The notes: a model not told the origin generated them from the sequence alone. DNA of 64,000 nt from Felis catus (GCF_018350175.1 NC_058368.1:216816001-216880000); one strand, 5' to 3'. Counted from the stretch's first letter, positions 39,590 through 53,747 are shown. Translations and numbers: made by a program.

Positions 39590-42186
39590 TTATTTATTTT
39601 TTTATTTAAAAACAATTTAGTTAATATATAGTGTAATAATGATTTTAGGAATAGAATGTGGTGATTCATTGCATACATATAACACCCAGTGCTCATCCCA
39701 ACAAGTGCCCTCCTTAATGCTCATCACCCAATTAGCCCATTCCCCCACCAAACACCCCACCAACAACCCTCAGTTTGTTCTCTATACTTAAGAGTCTTTT
39801 ATAGTTTGTCTCACTCTCTTTTTTTATGTTATTTTTGTTTCCCTTCCCTTATGTTCATCTGTTTTGTATCTTAAATTCCACATATGAGTGAAATCATATA
39901 TTTGTCTTTCTCTGACTGACTTATTTAGCTTAGCATAATATACTCTAGTTCCATCCACGTTGCTGCAAATGGCAAGATTTCATTCATTATGATCCCGAGT
40001 AATATTCCATTGTATATATATAGATATCTATATATATACACCACATCTTCTTTATCCATTCATCAATTGATGGGCATTTGGGGTCTTTCCATGCTTTGGC
40101 TATTGTCAATAGTGCTGTTATAAACATTGGGGTGCATGTCCCCCTTCAAATCAGCACTCCTGTATCCTTTAGATAAATACCTAGTAGTGCAATTGCTGGG
40201 TTGTAAGGTAGTTCTAATTTTAATTTTTTGAGGAACTTCCATACTGTTTTCAAGAGTGACTGTACCAGTTTGCATTCTCACCAGCAATGCAAAAGAGTTC
40301 ATCTTTCTCCACATCCTTGCCAACATCTGTTGTTGCCTGAGTTGTTAATGTTAGCCATTCTGACAGGTGTGAGGTGCTATCTCATTGTGGTTTTGATTTG
40401 TATTTCCCTGATGATGAGTGATGTTGAGCATCTTTTCATGTTTCTGTTAGCCATTTGAATGTCTTCTTTGGAAAAGTGTCTATGACTTCTGCCCATTTCT
40501 TCCCCGGATTATTTGTTTTGGGGATGTTGAGTTTGATGACTTCTTCATAGATTTTGGATACTAACCCTTTATTGGATATATCATTTGCAAATATCTTCTC
40601 CCATTCCATTGGTTGCCTTTTAGTTTTGCTGATTATTTCCTTCACTGTGTAGGTTTTTGTCTTGATGAGGTCCCAACAGTTCATTTTTGCTTCTGTTTCC
40701 CTTGCTTCCAGAGACATGTCAAGTGGGAAGTTGCTGCAGCTGAGGTCAAAGAAGTTGTTGCCTGTTTTCTTTTCTAGGATTTTGATGGTTTCCTGTCTTA
40801 CATTTAGGTCTTTCACCCATTTTGAGTTTATTTTTGTGTATGGTGCAAGTGACCCAGGTTCATTCTTCTGCATGTCGTTGTCCAGTTTTCCCAACATAAT
40901 TTGCTGAAGAGACTGTCCTTTTTCCTTTGGATATTCTTTCCTGCTTTGTCAAAGATTAGCTGGCCAGACATTTGTGTGTATATTTCTGGGGTCTCTATTC
41001 TGTTCCATTGATCTAAGTGTCTGGTTCCGTGCCAGTACCATACTGCCTTGATGATTACAGATTTGTAATATATCTTGAGGTCTGGGATTATGATGCCTCC
41101 AGCTTTGGGTTTCTTTTTCAGGATTGCTTTGGCTATCCGGGGTCTTTACTGCTTTCATACAAATTGTAGGATTGTTTCTTCCAGCTCTGTGAAGGATGTT
41201 TATGCTATTTTGATAGGTATTGCCTAGAATATGTAGATTGCTTTGGGTGGTATCAACATTTTAACAATATTCTTCCGATCCATGAGCATGGACTGTTTTT
41301 CCATTTCTTTGTGTCTTCTTCAATTTCCTTCATAACTTTTCTATAGTTTTCAGCATACAGATTTTTTACATCTTTTGTTAGGCTTGGACCAGTGATGACT
41401 CTCTAGGTGATGACTCTCGCTGAGCAATGGCTGGGTGCCAGCTTGCCCCAGAAAATGTTCGTGTAATCACATGGCAGCGGAGATTTGGAGATTATGGTAA
41501 ATCACAACACACAGCTGCCCTAGCTTTCGCTGCACTCTGGTCTTTGTCCCAATACCTGTAAACATGGCTGCTCTCCAGATTCTGCTGGGACCTTGGCCTG
41601 AAAGGAGGCCATATGGCCTCTTCCAAATGCACTCCAAGCCAGGGAACTACTTCTCCCCATGTGGCACATGGACTCCTCAGACCCCGCTGCCTGCTCCTGG
41701 AGATTCACCCTACTTCCTCACCAGAGCACCACCAGGCACTGAGCTCTGAAACTTCAAACTCTGAGCTCCACTGTCTATAGAATCCTGGTGGTATTGAAAC
41801 CATCTCCTTTCTTCCTGTTAATGGTTTTGGGGAGCAGATTCCTTGTTCAGTCCCCTGTGGGTGTTTTCCTTCTATCTCTCTCCAGCTACTTTTGGGGTAA
41901 TGCTATTCTTGCATGATCCTGATGTGCCACACTCTCCCCCTCTCCCTTCCTCTGTTCTCTTTCTACAAAAATAGCTCACTACCCTACATAGCTTTTCTCT
42001 CCCCCAGTTCATCTCTCCTCACCATGCACCTGCTGAGTTCTGTGGCACAAGTGATGCAGATTGCTGGCTTAATCCTCAGATCAGTTTCATAGGTGTTCAA
42101 AATCGTTTGGTGCTGATCTGGCTAAGTTTCAGGGATGAGACAAGGTCAGGGTCTCCATGCTGCTCCGCCGTCTTAACTCCTCCCCC
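39590..42186 (-). mobile_element. Carnivore L1 keeping both ends with a large internal deletion (5' UTR 42186-41383 joined to ORF2 C-terminal part and 3' UTR 41382-39590)
   Basis: Minus strand starts ggggaggagttaagacggcgg and is homologous to the 5' UTR at 60566+; ORF2 remnant [24 protein letters not shown]...KRQPMEWEKIFAN. Confidence 0.92.
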
Positions 42187-42522
42187 AAATAAATTTACTT
42201 TTAAAACATGTTGTATACATACACACATATACATATGTACAAACATGTATACACACACACATATATATGCATATACAAATATAAGTGTATATGCAAGAAT
42301 GTATATGTATGTATATGTGCATTCATATATTTTTATTCATCTTTTTCATTTTCCTTCACAGCACTTATCAGAACCTTACACAATGTATATATTTGTTTAT
42401 TTGTTTGTTTATTATAAACTAGCTGATCCATGGTAGCAGTGTCTTTTAGTGCTGCAGAAATATACCCACTTTGAAAACAGTATATTTCTTAGTTATGGGA
42501 TCTTTATATAGTAACATTTGTA

Positions 42523-42542
42523 TTTTTTTAAGTTTATTTATT

Positions 42543-42581
<39 letters not shown>

Positions 42582-42748
42582 ACAAGCACAGGAGGGGCAG
42601 AGAGAGAGAGGGAGACACAGAAATCAAAGCAGATTCCAAGCTTTGAACTATCAGCACGGAGCCCGATGTGGGCCTTGAACTCATAGACCGGAGGTGATGA
42701 CCTAAGCCAAAGTTGGATGCCCAACCAACTAAGCCACCCAGGTGCCCC
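42523..42748 (-). mobile_element. SINEC_Fc-like SINE with long (AG)n
   Basis: Full antisense copy; atttgtatttt in both flanks. Confidence 0.92.
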
Positions 42749-45055
42749 TGTATTTGTATTTTATTTAAACCAAATATCCCTTCTATATATTTAATGTTTC
42801 AATGTAATTTTAATGACCTTAAAGTTTTTAAGTATACATGTATACATTAACAGTATAGCTTTCATTAAATAAAACGCAATATTATTTGCTCATAATTTTC
42901 ATTTCTGACATAAATAATTTTTAAAGTTTTTATCAACTCCTTTTATTTACTTTCCTGGAACTCTTCCACGTTCATCATGCTTTGCTTAAACCCTGCTGGC
43001 CAGACCTCTACGAAAACAGGAATACACTAGAATTTTATGTAGATAGAGGATTATGTCACACAGTTTAAATTTGAACATGTCTATTTATTTTAGTGTTTCT
43101 CCAAAACACTCTACATTTTTGTTTATGTTTCAATATGTCAAGTAGATATTAGGCAGATTATTATTGTTAAATAATTAAACTGAAATGACCAAGCGCCTTA
43201 ACTCAGCAAACGTACATGCTAGAAACATGTCTACCTTACTTAATGTGGGCTTAACTCAAACACACTTAACTGATCCGCAACAGTTCGTCTCCCGCTACAG
43301 CCACTAATACGTCCGTCTGCAGTTACCCAGACATTTTTTGTGACTTTTCCTGAAATCTTCCTCGAAACAGTAACTCACCCGTAACGTCTCTGGCTCTGTA
43401 TTATCAGAAGTTGCTTTCCCTTCTCCTAAATCATACAGTGATGTGCCCAATTCTTATTAACTCCACTGACGAGAAATCTTTAAGAGGTGATTGATGTGGT
43501 CATTCTGAAATGAAGCGGCTACCAGCATTCCGACCACAAAGGTGATCACTGAAGATGATGAACCACTGAATTCCGCAAGAGAGAGAATTTTTCTATTAAG
43601 GTATGATAAACGACAGCAGCTTCTGTGTTCATTTCCTTTTCATTTTGCTTTAACTTCTTCATTTTTTTTAACTGAAGTTTTCTAATCCATCTCGAACTCG
43701 GAAGTGGCTTATCAAGTGTTAGTTTAAAAAAATAACTGTAAACATGTCTGCAGACACTGACACTACCTGTTCAAGTAGAATGACAAAGCGTAGTTTGATA
43801 ATTTCATCAAACTGAACTCAGTAATTTCACTACAAAGTTAATAGCGGTCTTGCTAGATTTGCCAGAATTTTCTTTTTTCCTGCAGCCACTTACTCAGTTA
43901 GTCTTGTACCAAAGGCCAGTTGTGGCCATTCTAAAATGCACAGTTCCTTGTGAGCTTTTATCGGTATAATGTTACCACTGCATGCGACCACAGCAGAATC
44001 AGTGTTGAGATTCTGAAGTGGAATTTAACCTGAATTTCATGTGCTTATAATAAATTGTGAAGTTATGTAATGTGAACATATAGGTTTTTGTGTGTGTGTT
44101 TGCCATTGTGCAAGAAATCATTCCTTTTCTCAACATATGCTTTTAAAACAAACTTTAGTACATCCACAAATATGTATTTCCACCTTTGCTATATTTATGT
44201 AAGCATAAAAATGAATGACTGAATCCAACTAACCTAGCTATATAGATCTGCCAACATTTTTAGAACCTGTCCTATTGATAATAATAAGAGTGGCATATTT
44301 TATTAGATCTAGAGTTCTGTACTTTTGAAAAAAAATATCATTTATTTTGCCAACATTTATGTAAATGAATTGTAAAATATTCAGTGACTGTTACATTTCT
44401 GTCCCTTTCTTTTCCAGTTACTGATCAGAAAGTTAGAAGGAGTTTTCATTGCCAACTTACTCAAAAATTTGAAGAATTTAAATATTATTTGCTTTCTTTC
44501 CCATGCCATAATTTGGCATTGAACTATGTTAACTACATGCAGTGTTAGCAAACTACAGGTAAGGGAATTCAAAACTAACTCATATTTTGGCTAATGTGTA
44601 AAACACTCTCTGGGAAATAACCCACCCATGTTAGAATTCTAATGTTCTTTTAATCCTTTTTGACGGCTGCAGATCTGAATGGCTTCAAATTAAAGGACAA
44701 CAACACAATAGGAAAAAACACAAAGATGATAATGGCTAACATTTATTGAGCTGATGCTATGCAGCAGGCAATACACTCTGAATTTTATCCGGACGGATCA
44801 TTTAGTCTTTACAAAATTATATATACAAATTACTGATATGTTGTCTATCACAGATATAAGGAATTAATTTATAGGGAGAGTAAGTGACATTCCAAGGTAA
44901 GGAAGGTGGTCAATGGAGGGATTTAACATATTTTACGTCCAGTCTCCAACAAAATTGTGTGTGGCTACGTATTTGAGTTGTCTCCACACAATACACTCTT
45001 TAAAAATAGTTGTTCTTTTTATTACCTCTTGTTGAGAGAAGTTCAGTGAGTGTAT

Positions 45056-45260
45056 TTTTTTCTTAAAGCTCACTTATTTATTTTTGAGACAGAGAGAGAA
45101 CATGAGCTGGGGAGGGGCAGAAAGAGAGGGATACACAGAATCTGAAGCAGGCCCCAGACAGTCAGTTCAGAGCCCAACACAGGGCTCGAACCCAGGAACT
45201 GCAAAATTGTGACCCGAGCCAAAGTCAGATGCTCAACCAACTGAGACTTCCAGGCACCCC
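45056..45260 (-). mobile_element. CAN-SINE
   Basis: TSD agtgagtgtattttt/agtaagtatattttt. Confidence 0.92.
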
Positions 45261-46429
45261 AGTAAGTATATTTTTAATATATTTCAACTAAAAGAGTATG
45301 CCAAGTCCAGTGGCCCTGACACATAGCTCTGACTTATGCTCTGTCCATTCATTGGCCTTGCTTTCCAAAATATTAGGGTATGTTCCCATTTTTCCAGTTC
45401 CACAGACGATTATACCTAAAATAGGTGTTTATCTCCCATTGCCTTTTTTCCTTCAAAGGACACTCAGTTAAGCTGGTACTAACATTTAATTGGAACAATG
45501 ATTTTATTGGATTTAAAATTTTGTAACTAGATATATTTAGGGATCAAATTATGTATGTGCTCTAAATATATTTTATCAATTTAGTCATGGCAACTAGTCC
45601 AAGATAATATATTTTAGAAGAAATGTAAGCAGAAATGATAGTAAATCCATAAATATAAATTTATCAAATGCCATTTAAACATCTAGTATGTCATTGAATA
45701 AAATAAATGATTTTATGCCCATGAAAAAGCGAACTACATGTTTTTTAAAATGCAGTATGACATTAAAGTTAGCAAGAAAATTAGTAATATTAAAAAAATT
45801 AAGTACTGTTTAATTCATGGTAAAATTGTTTTAATCCTCTCCTTAGAAGCATTGCCCCTTAGAAATACTGTGTTCACTACTACTTTGTGTGTTTTTAAGT
45901 TTGTTATATCCTAGAATTAGAATTATCCTTTCTTGACAACAAAACAAATTTCTGTCTAATTGAAAATTCAATATCATACATAAGCATAGCATTAGCAACA
46001 TTGTTATTCAAGAAAGTAAAAAGGACATGCTTGTGTACCATAACTACTCGTAGTAATATTGATCTGAATTTTCTAGCCGAGGTAAAAATACATACATACA
46101 TACATACATACATGGTCATGAATACCAAAAAGACTGTGAAAACACTATCACTATTATAGATGGCACACCATTCTCCTTCTGAGAATTCCTAAACGTCAAG
46201 TAAAATAGAAAAACAATTAGTGTTCAATTATATGGCTGCATAAAATAAATAATAAAATCTGTATTTCATATATGTCATCAATAGGCAAAAATTAAAATGG
46301 TTGAAAAAAATCCTACGAATAGGAGCAAAGTGCAAGGATAAGCAAATCAATTCAATAGAATAGTGAATACAAAAAACAAAAAACTAACAAACAAATAAAC
46401 AAAAAACAAAACCCTCAAACCTGCGGACA

Positions 46430-47760
46430 TTTATTTTAGGAAAAGTGAACTTAATCTTTTTAATATCCTTATGGAGAAAAAAAAGGAATTTGACTACTAC
46501 CTCACTTTGTTCTTGAAAATCAATCCCAAGGCAATTGTAGATTGCATACTGATAATAAAACCATAAAGTTTCTAGAAGAAAATTTGGGAGAATGGTTTCA
46601 AGTCTTGATATTTGGAATTTGTTTTTTTAACAAATAACACAAAAGGCACTAATTTCAAGGAAAAAATATTTATAAATTGAAATGCATTAAAACTAAGTAA
46701 ACTTGTTCATCAGAAGACCCCTCTGTGAGAGTGAAAAGAAAGCTACAAAACAGTAGCAGATATGTGCCAGACGAATACTAAAGACTTATACCAAACAAAG
46801 GCTCTGAGCAAGAATAATCTAACTTCTGCTAGTTAAAAAATATCATATTAAAGATGTAACTTTTAAAGTCTTTTACAAAACTGGTATCCAGCTCAATAAG
46901 AATATAATAGCTATTCAATCTCAGTGATGATCAAGAAAATACAAGGTAGATCATGATATGATGTCACTGCATTGCCTCTGAATAGGTAAAGTTGGGGGAA
47001 AAACGAATTAAATGATAATGCTGAGGGTTGAAATGCTTGTGGAGTAGCAGGAACTCTCATGACTCCTGGTGTAGGTAAATTACTAAAAACACTTTGGAAA
47101 AATCTTCAACACTGTCTATTTAATTGGAACATACACATTCCCTTAGATAAAGGTAGATATGGAGATAGAGATATATTACATAGATACAGGTGATTTCGAC
47201 ATGCAGGTAACAAAAATGAGTACATATATGAACCAATAGATGTATATACAAATATACCTGGCACAACTCTTCATAATAGCCCACTTAGAAAACACTAATA
47301 TTTTCAACAATAGAATTCAAATATTAAAATAATATATGCTGTAATGGTGCTGTCTAACACAACTGTTGCCAGATATAGAGTGTTTCTATCCTAGCACTAT
47401 GTTCATTGTATTGCTATGTAGGACAGAAACAGAATTAGTCTGTGCTATACACAACCACGTTGATAAATGTTGCAAACATAAGGTTGATTGAGAGAAATCA
47501 GTCACAAAAGAATTAATACTGTATGGCTTCATTTACAAAAATTACAGGCAACCTGATCTGTAATGCTAAAAATCATGAGGTTTATTTTTCTTTTGGCAAC
47601 TCAGGAGAAATTAATGAACGAAAAAGAGCATGAAAGGTAAATTCTGATAAATGATTAATATTTATTTTGTCATCTGGGAGTAGGTACATTGGTGTATTCA
47701 TTTTGTGACAGTTCATAAACTCTTCACTGATTTGTTCACCTTTAGCAGGAAATGGTATTT
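46430..47760 (+). mobile_element. Highly decayed L1ME-like ORF2 3' part / 3' UTR
   Basis: ataaagtttctagaagaaaa, ggaactctcat, cactttggaaaa, tactgtatggcttcatttac motifs. Confidence 0.7.
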
Positions 47761-48575
47761 CAAATGATCAAGAAAAAAGAGAAAAGAAACCTGAGAAATT
47801 CAAAATAATTAGAAAACAAGACCAAAAATTTGGTTTAATATCAATTTTCTCTTAAAGGGTGTCAATTTTCACCTTGTCAGAAATGCATTTCTAATTATCT
47901 ATCTACCATCTATCTATATGAAATTATATGAATACAAACTAGTAAATGTTTAACTCCAACATATAAAGTATATTTTTTTACACGGGATGTAATCCATTTT
48001 CTAAGTTAAATCAGTTTGATAATGTGAATTAGAAGAAGATAAATTAAATGTGTATGAATTTGAAATTTCATGTAATACATTCCATTGATGAAGGTCATAT
48101 CTGTCCTGGGAAATCATTTTATTAAATAATTTTACTGAAATTACACACCTGACATTATAAAGGGATACTTTTCTAGTTGAAGTAAAATAGATCTGATGCA
48201 TTGGATCTCTGAGTTATCCGCATCGGTTCAGTGTTTTAATGATGCAAAAACAAGATTTTCTTTAGCATAAATGAATAATTAAATGCGACCAAAGCAAATA
48301 TGTATAATTGAGAAAACATATGGCTCATTGTCAAATATCACTAAGAGTTCCACTATCAGTTTCTTGAAATCCATTTTTATATAACAGATTAAATACATAA
48401 AAAATACACATGAAGTTTTTTAATGAGAAGACCACTGAATTTTAGAGAACAGTCAGTCCAATTCTTTTCTGAATCATTTGTTTTTACAATGAGGGGAACT
48501 TTTTGCAAGTGATATCTAACTCAAAACCCAATATATTAAAAAACAATTTGAAGTTTAAAAAGTGTTGTTGTATAT

Positions 48576-48804
48576 GGGGGCACCTGCGTGGTTCAGTTGG
48601 TTAAGCATCTGACTCTAGGTTTTGGCTCAGGTCACGATGGTCCTTATGGTTTTGTGAGTCGGGCCCCATGTCGTGCCCTGAGCTGGTGGCGCAGAGCCTG
48701 CTTGGGATTCTATGTCTCTCCCTCTCTCTCTGCGCCCACCCCCACTCGCACTGCCTCTGTCTCTCTCAAGATAAATAAACTTTAAAAAATTAAAAAAATA
48801 AAAT
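48576..48804 (+). mobile_element. CAN-SINE
   Basis: TSD taaaaagtgttgtt. Confidence 0.92.
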
Positions 48805-49871
48805 AAAAAGTGTTGTTATGTATGAAAAAACAGCAGAGGCTACAGTGTATTTCTCTGTTCCCTTAATTTCCCAATACCCCTCAGCAGAGGCCCTCACAAC
48901 GCCTTCAAGTAACCACTATAGGTGGTCAGAAAACGGCTTGAGAATCAGAGAACAGATTTACTTGATGCTTTAGGTTATCAAAATAAAATCCATGTTTCCT
49001 ACACATTCTTATTTCCTGTTTTTCCTGCTCAACTTCCTTCATGATCAGAGTCCTGAGGTTGAGAAGGGACACAGAAGTGTTTTTGGGAGTTTCTTATTAG
49101 AGCTTCTGGTTTCTTGTCAGAACATTGTCCTGTTTTCATCAAAACAATCTATACAGAAATTTTGTTCTAAATCATGTATCATCTAAAAGCAGATGCTGTT
49201 TTTTTTTAATGAAAGGAGTGGTGTATTTTTATCTCTTTTAATTGTTTTTCTTATGAGTTAATTTTGATTTTTTTTTCCTCTTTGAAAGGAAAACATTTTG
49301 ATTATCTCCTTGAGTTAATTCATTCTTTGTATGTCCTAGTTGGGAACATAGGAGGCAAAATGGGATTATAACAATTCCATAGGCATATATGATAGAAATG
49401 TGAATTGATGACCGTTATATCTATTATCAAACAACTCCCCCCTCGAATCTAACAATACATAAATGTATCTATCTGGCTCAGTAAGAATAATACATGTAAG
49501 GGCAATATGAAAGATCAGATAAGAAAAAAAAGAATGAAACAGAGAAGGATTGCAAGAGATATTTAGGAATGGTGTTAAAATCCTTAGAAGAATATGCGGA
49601 TATGGTATCTGTAGCTATTAGATTAGCAAGATCTATTACGAACATAGTCCGTACAAAATGAAATAATAAGAGAGCTCATCCTGGCATTTTACTTTGAAAA
49701 CATTAGCATCACGATCCATCTACAATGACAACAATTTACTAAACTACCTGACACAAACATAACACAAAGGTATGTAGCTCTAACAGTTATAGCTGTTACT
49801 GAGGAATCAGTTATGACTTGTAAAAATATAGCAAAAAAAAAAAAAACTATCTCAAATAAAAAGGTCAGATT

Positions 49872-50103
49872 GGGGCGCCTGGGTGGCGCAGTCGGTTGGG
49901 CGTCCAACTTCAGCCAGGTCACGATCTCGCGGTCTGTGAGTTCGAGCCCCGCATCAGGCTCTGGGCTGATGGCTTGGAGCCTGGAGCCTGTTTCCGATTC
50001 TGTGTCTCCCTCTCTCTCTGCCCCTCCCCCGTTCATGCTCTGTCTCTCTCTGTCCCAAAAATAAATAAAAACGTTGAAAAAAAATTAAAAAAAAAAAAAA
50101 AAG
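49872..50103 (+). mobile_element. Young SINEC_Fc
   Basis: Diagnostic gcgcagtc and cagccaggtcacg, long poly-A, perfect TSD aaaaaggtcagatt (49858-49871, 50104-50117). Confidence 0.97.
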
Positions 50104-50543
50104 AAAAAGGTCAGATTGTTTTATCAACCTTATGTGTCACACATTTACATAATACAGAGGGCCAGAAGGCTAAGGAATCAGCTCTATTTCTGACTCTAAA
50201 TTATAGACTGACAAATTGATCGGTGTTGTTTCTGACAACCATTTGGTAGCCTGTTCTATTACGGGCTTTGAATATATTTTGAGAAAATTGTTATAACATC
50301 CTGTTCTTGGTTACTGTTTCTTTACACGTAAGATTTACACTGCTTTGTGAGAAGTGGTTGTTAGGTGCCATGGATATTTGGGGTCTTGCAGGAATCAAGA
50401 TTGTGGAGCTAATGGGAAGGAGATGGAATCAAGGTAGTGGATGACACTCTTAGAAGAGTTTCAGGAGCTGAATCTCTGCATCACACATGAAAATCACCTG
50501 AAAATTCTCACTGGAAAAGGGGCTCTTAAAAATGGACAGAACA

Positions 50544-50758
50544 GGGTCGCCTGAGTGGCTCAGTCGGTTAAGCATCCGATTCTTGATTTCAGTTCAGGTT
50601 ATGATCTCACAGTTCATGAGATTGAACCTCATTTGGACTCTGTGCAACAGCACAGAGCCTGCTTGAGATTCTCTCTCTCCCTGCCTCTCGCTCTGCCTCT
50701 CCCCTGCTCATGCTCTCTCTCTCTGTTTCTCAAAATAAATAAATAATCATTAAAAAAA
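50544..50758 (+). mobile_element. CAN-SINE
   Basis: TSD tggacagaa. Confidence 0.92.
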
Positions 50759-53157
50759 GTGGACAGAAAAATACGTTTTATGAATACCATTCATAACTAA
50801 TACTCACTGGGCTCATGACCACAAAAGCAGAAATTTCTGTGAGTACACCGAATGGATATCACCCCTCAAGGCTGAACAGCTTTTGTCATCACGGCATTGC
50901 TAGTTTCCCAACAAAAATCCCAAAGGGTATCCGATAACATAGTTCTGTCCTCAAAGATGACAGTCAGTTACACAAGGTGTTGCAGGTTGACCATACTGGA
51001 ATTTCATGATGTGAAGAGTGAACACTGGAATAGATATTAATATTGAATTTGGATGGGCCATTCCTATTCCATGGGCCTCTGGGAGTATCAGGAAATACTT
51101 ACTTACATTAATTTACTAAGGTAGTGCGTGAAAAACTAATAACTTCCAAGATGCCAGCTTAAAGACAAATGGTGCAATGTAGCCTAGCATTCATAAGAAA
51201 TTAGACAATTTACTAATGAAATATTGAAAGAGAGCATGCGAGGTGAAGAGCTTCTTTAGTGAACTTTCTCTTATAGTCAAGTTACAAGAATCCAAAAAAA
51301 AAAAAGTGATCCATCTAAGAGTAATTTCTGAAAACATAATCTCCGACTGTTTCTTTCTCTATTCTTGAAAGTCTGGTTTCACTGCTATAGATATTCTAAA
51401 ATATGAGAGAGAACTAAACCAGAGGTATTGATACTCATTATGCTACTCCAAAATATAAAATTCCTAAAACTTTCAGGATCTCAAAGCTAATAAATCAATA
51501 GACTGAACAAATAAGGTTGTTGTCAGAATCACATTAATTACTATGGAAAGATCTCCTGAGTGCTTCACCCTTAGTGAACCCCTTATCAATGTTAGCTTTT
51601 GTAATTGATAACATTACAGGTATATAGTTTCTTGTCTTGGTGAGTATCACAAAACTTCTCCCACTTTCCTTTCACTGTATTTAACTCCTTATTCCATTCA
51701 CTTCAAACGCGATCCTACATAATTCCGAGAGCCCTCAAATAGCTTCACACTCTCAAGACCCACAGATAAAATATTTACCAAATGACTACCAAAACCCTCC
51801 AAACACCAGCATGCTCCCCATCGTACTTGAATTTGCCTCTTTCTCCACCAGTTTGTCTCAGTGCTTATGTCAGTGGAAGGCACGTTCCAATATATTTCCC
51901 CCAAGAGCTTGCTTCAACTGTCACTCCTCCTATTTCACATATGTTCGCATCCCTTATTCTACCCCTTTTCCCTCAAGTTCATGAAAATGTTCGGTCTGAA
52001 TTCTATATTACAAAAACTCCCTCCCTAATAAAACATGCTCATCTAAAAGCACTTGTGTTTCCTTGGGATTTTCATTGCTAGACGAATTATTATACTCCAT
52101 AGTTCTCAATTCCTCATCTGCTATTTACTTTTTAACAAGCTTTCATTTAGCTTTACCCCCCTATAATTAATAATATTAAGAATTTGTTTTGGTGAGTCCT
52201 AGGGACATTTTCTATAGGTGTTCTCTTCTAATCGATTTCACTTCCCTCTCAAGAGTGATGCAACTCACACTATCCCAAGAAGATTCTGACACTTTTCAAT
52301 GCAGTTTCTAACGTGGAATTTCCCAATTCTGCAACATGTGTCTAGAGGAATGTTTCAATTAGTTACACCCAAGTGCTTCCTGGTGGCTCTACCTAGGTTA
52401 ACACAATTGCCTCAAACCCAGAAGGTCTAAGATCATGAAATTTTGCTTCCTAATACCTTGTCAATATTAAATCAATGGGCCCATTTTATACAGTTTCCTT
52501 ATCAGAATTATGTGATTTGACAACCGCCAAGTCCTGCCACTTCTACATCCTGATATTTAATTTGCCTTGTGTCCACCTTTCATTTTTCCTACCACTCAAT
52601 ATGCCATTCTCCCACTACTTTATTCTGACCCTTTCAAATCTTTTCTCAATCAGAATGCTAATCTAATCAATTAAAAGCATTTTGGTTTTATTTTCTCCTG
52701 ACTTTTAATTCTTCCACACTACATACTAATTAATGTCTATGTTGTTTGGTACACTATATAAGATTCTTTGTCCAATTGAATGCTCGCTCATATCCTCACT
52801 TATGTCCAAGGATTTTCTCAGGCATTTTGACCAGTATCACAGAACTCCTGGGTTTTCCTGGGTATACCATTTGATTTCAAAAGTTCATATTTTTCACGCT
52901 CATCTTTTGCTTATAATGATTTTATTCTCATTAATATACCCACCTCAATCTTTCCCTCCTTCTTGGCAAACTCATTTTCATTTTTGAAGCCTAGAGAAGG
53001 TGTCAGCTTCTAGAAATATTTTTTTTCCACAACCACCATAAAGAGTTCATTATTATCCATTGTTACAGTTTATAAATGCTTCTATTCTCTCATACATTAT
53101 GCCACATAATAATCACTTTTAATATTTTTTATTTCCTTACAAAGTCACAATCTATTT

Positions 53158-53375
53158 TTTTTTAATTTTTTTCAACATTTATTTATTTTTGGGACAGAGA
53201 GAGACAGAGCATGAACGGGGGAGGGGAAGAGAGAGAGGGAGACACAGAATCAGAAACAGGCTCCAGGCTCTGAGCCATCAGCCCAGAGCCTGACATGGGG
53301 CTCGAACTCACAGACCGCGAGATCGTGACCTGGCTGAAGTCGGACGCTTAACCGACTGCGCCACCCAGGCGCCCC
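53158..53375 (-). mobile_element. Young SINEC_Fc
   Basis: gactgcgccacccaggcgcccc end; TSD tcacaatctattt (53145-53157, 53378-53390). Confidence 0.97.
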
Positions 53376-53646
53376 ATTCACAATCTATTTAAGCCAAGAT
53401 CTATTGAATCTGCCCCATGTGATTAAAAATAATGTCCAGAATAGAATTAGCATAAATAATGCATTTAATAAGCATAAATATGCATTTAATGATTGAATTT
53501 ATAAAACCTTCTTTTTGTCTCTTCTATTATATTCCATTTTGAGTCCCTATACACAAAGTAGAAAGAAACTAGCAAGATATAAAAATGGTTTACTGTTTCA
53601 GTCCAGGCCAGTTTACTTAATTTAATGAGAAAGTATTATAAGCATG

Positions 53647-53747
53647 TGTCAGCACAGAGCCTGACATGTAGCTCGAACCTACAAACCATAAAATCATGAT
53701 CTGAGCCAAAGTCAGATGTTTAACCAACTGAGCCACCCAGGCACCCC
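53647..53747 (-). mobile_element. SINE 5' half with no tail (part of a local duplication)
   Basis: No (CT)n or poly-A; shares its flank with the SINE at 55070-55287. Confidence 0.88.

Noticed and set aside
49689..50219. ORFs such as MAQSVERPTSAQV... and MNGGGAEREGDTESE... recurring across the window
   Set aside because: Translations of CAN-SINE sequence, not genes
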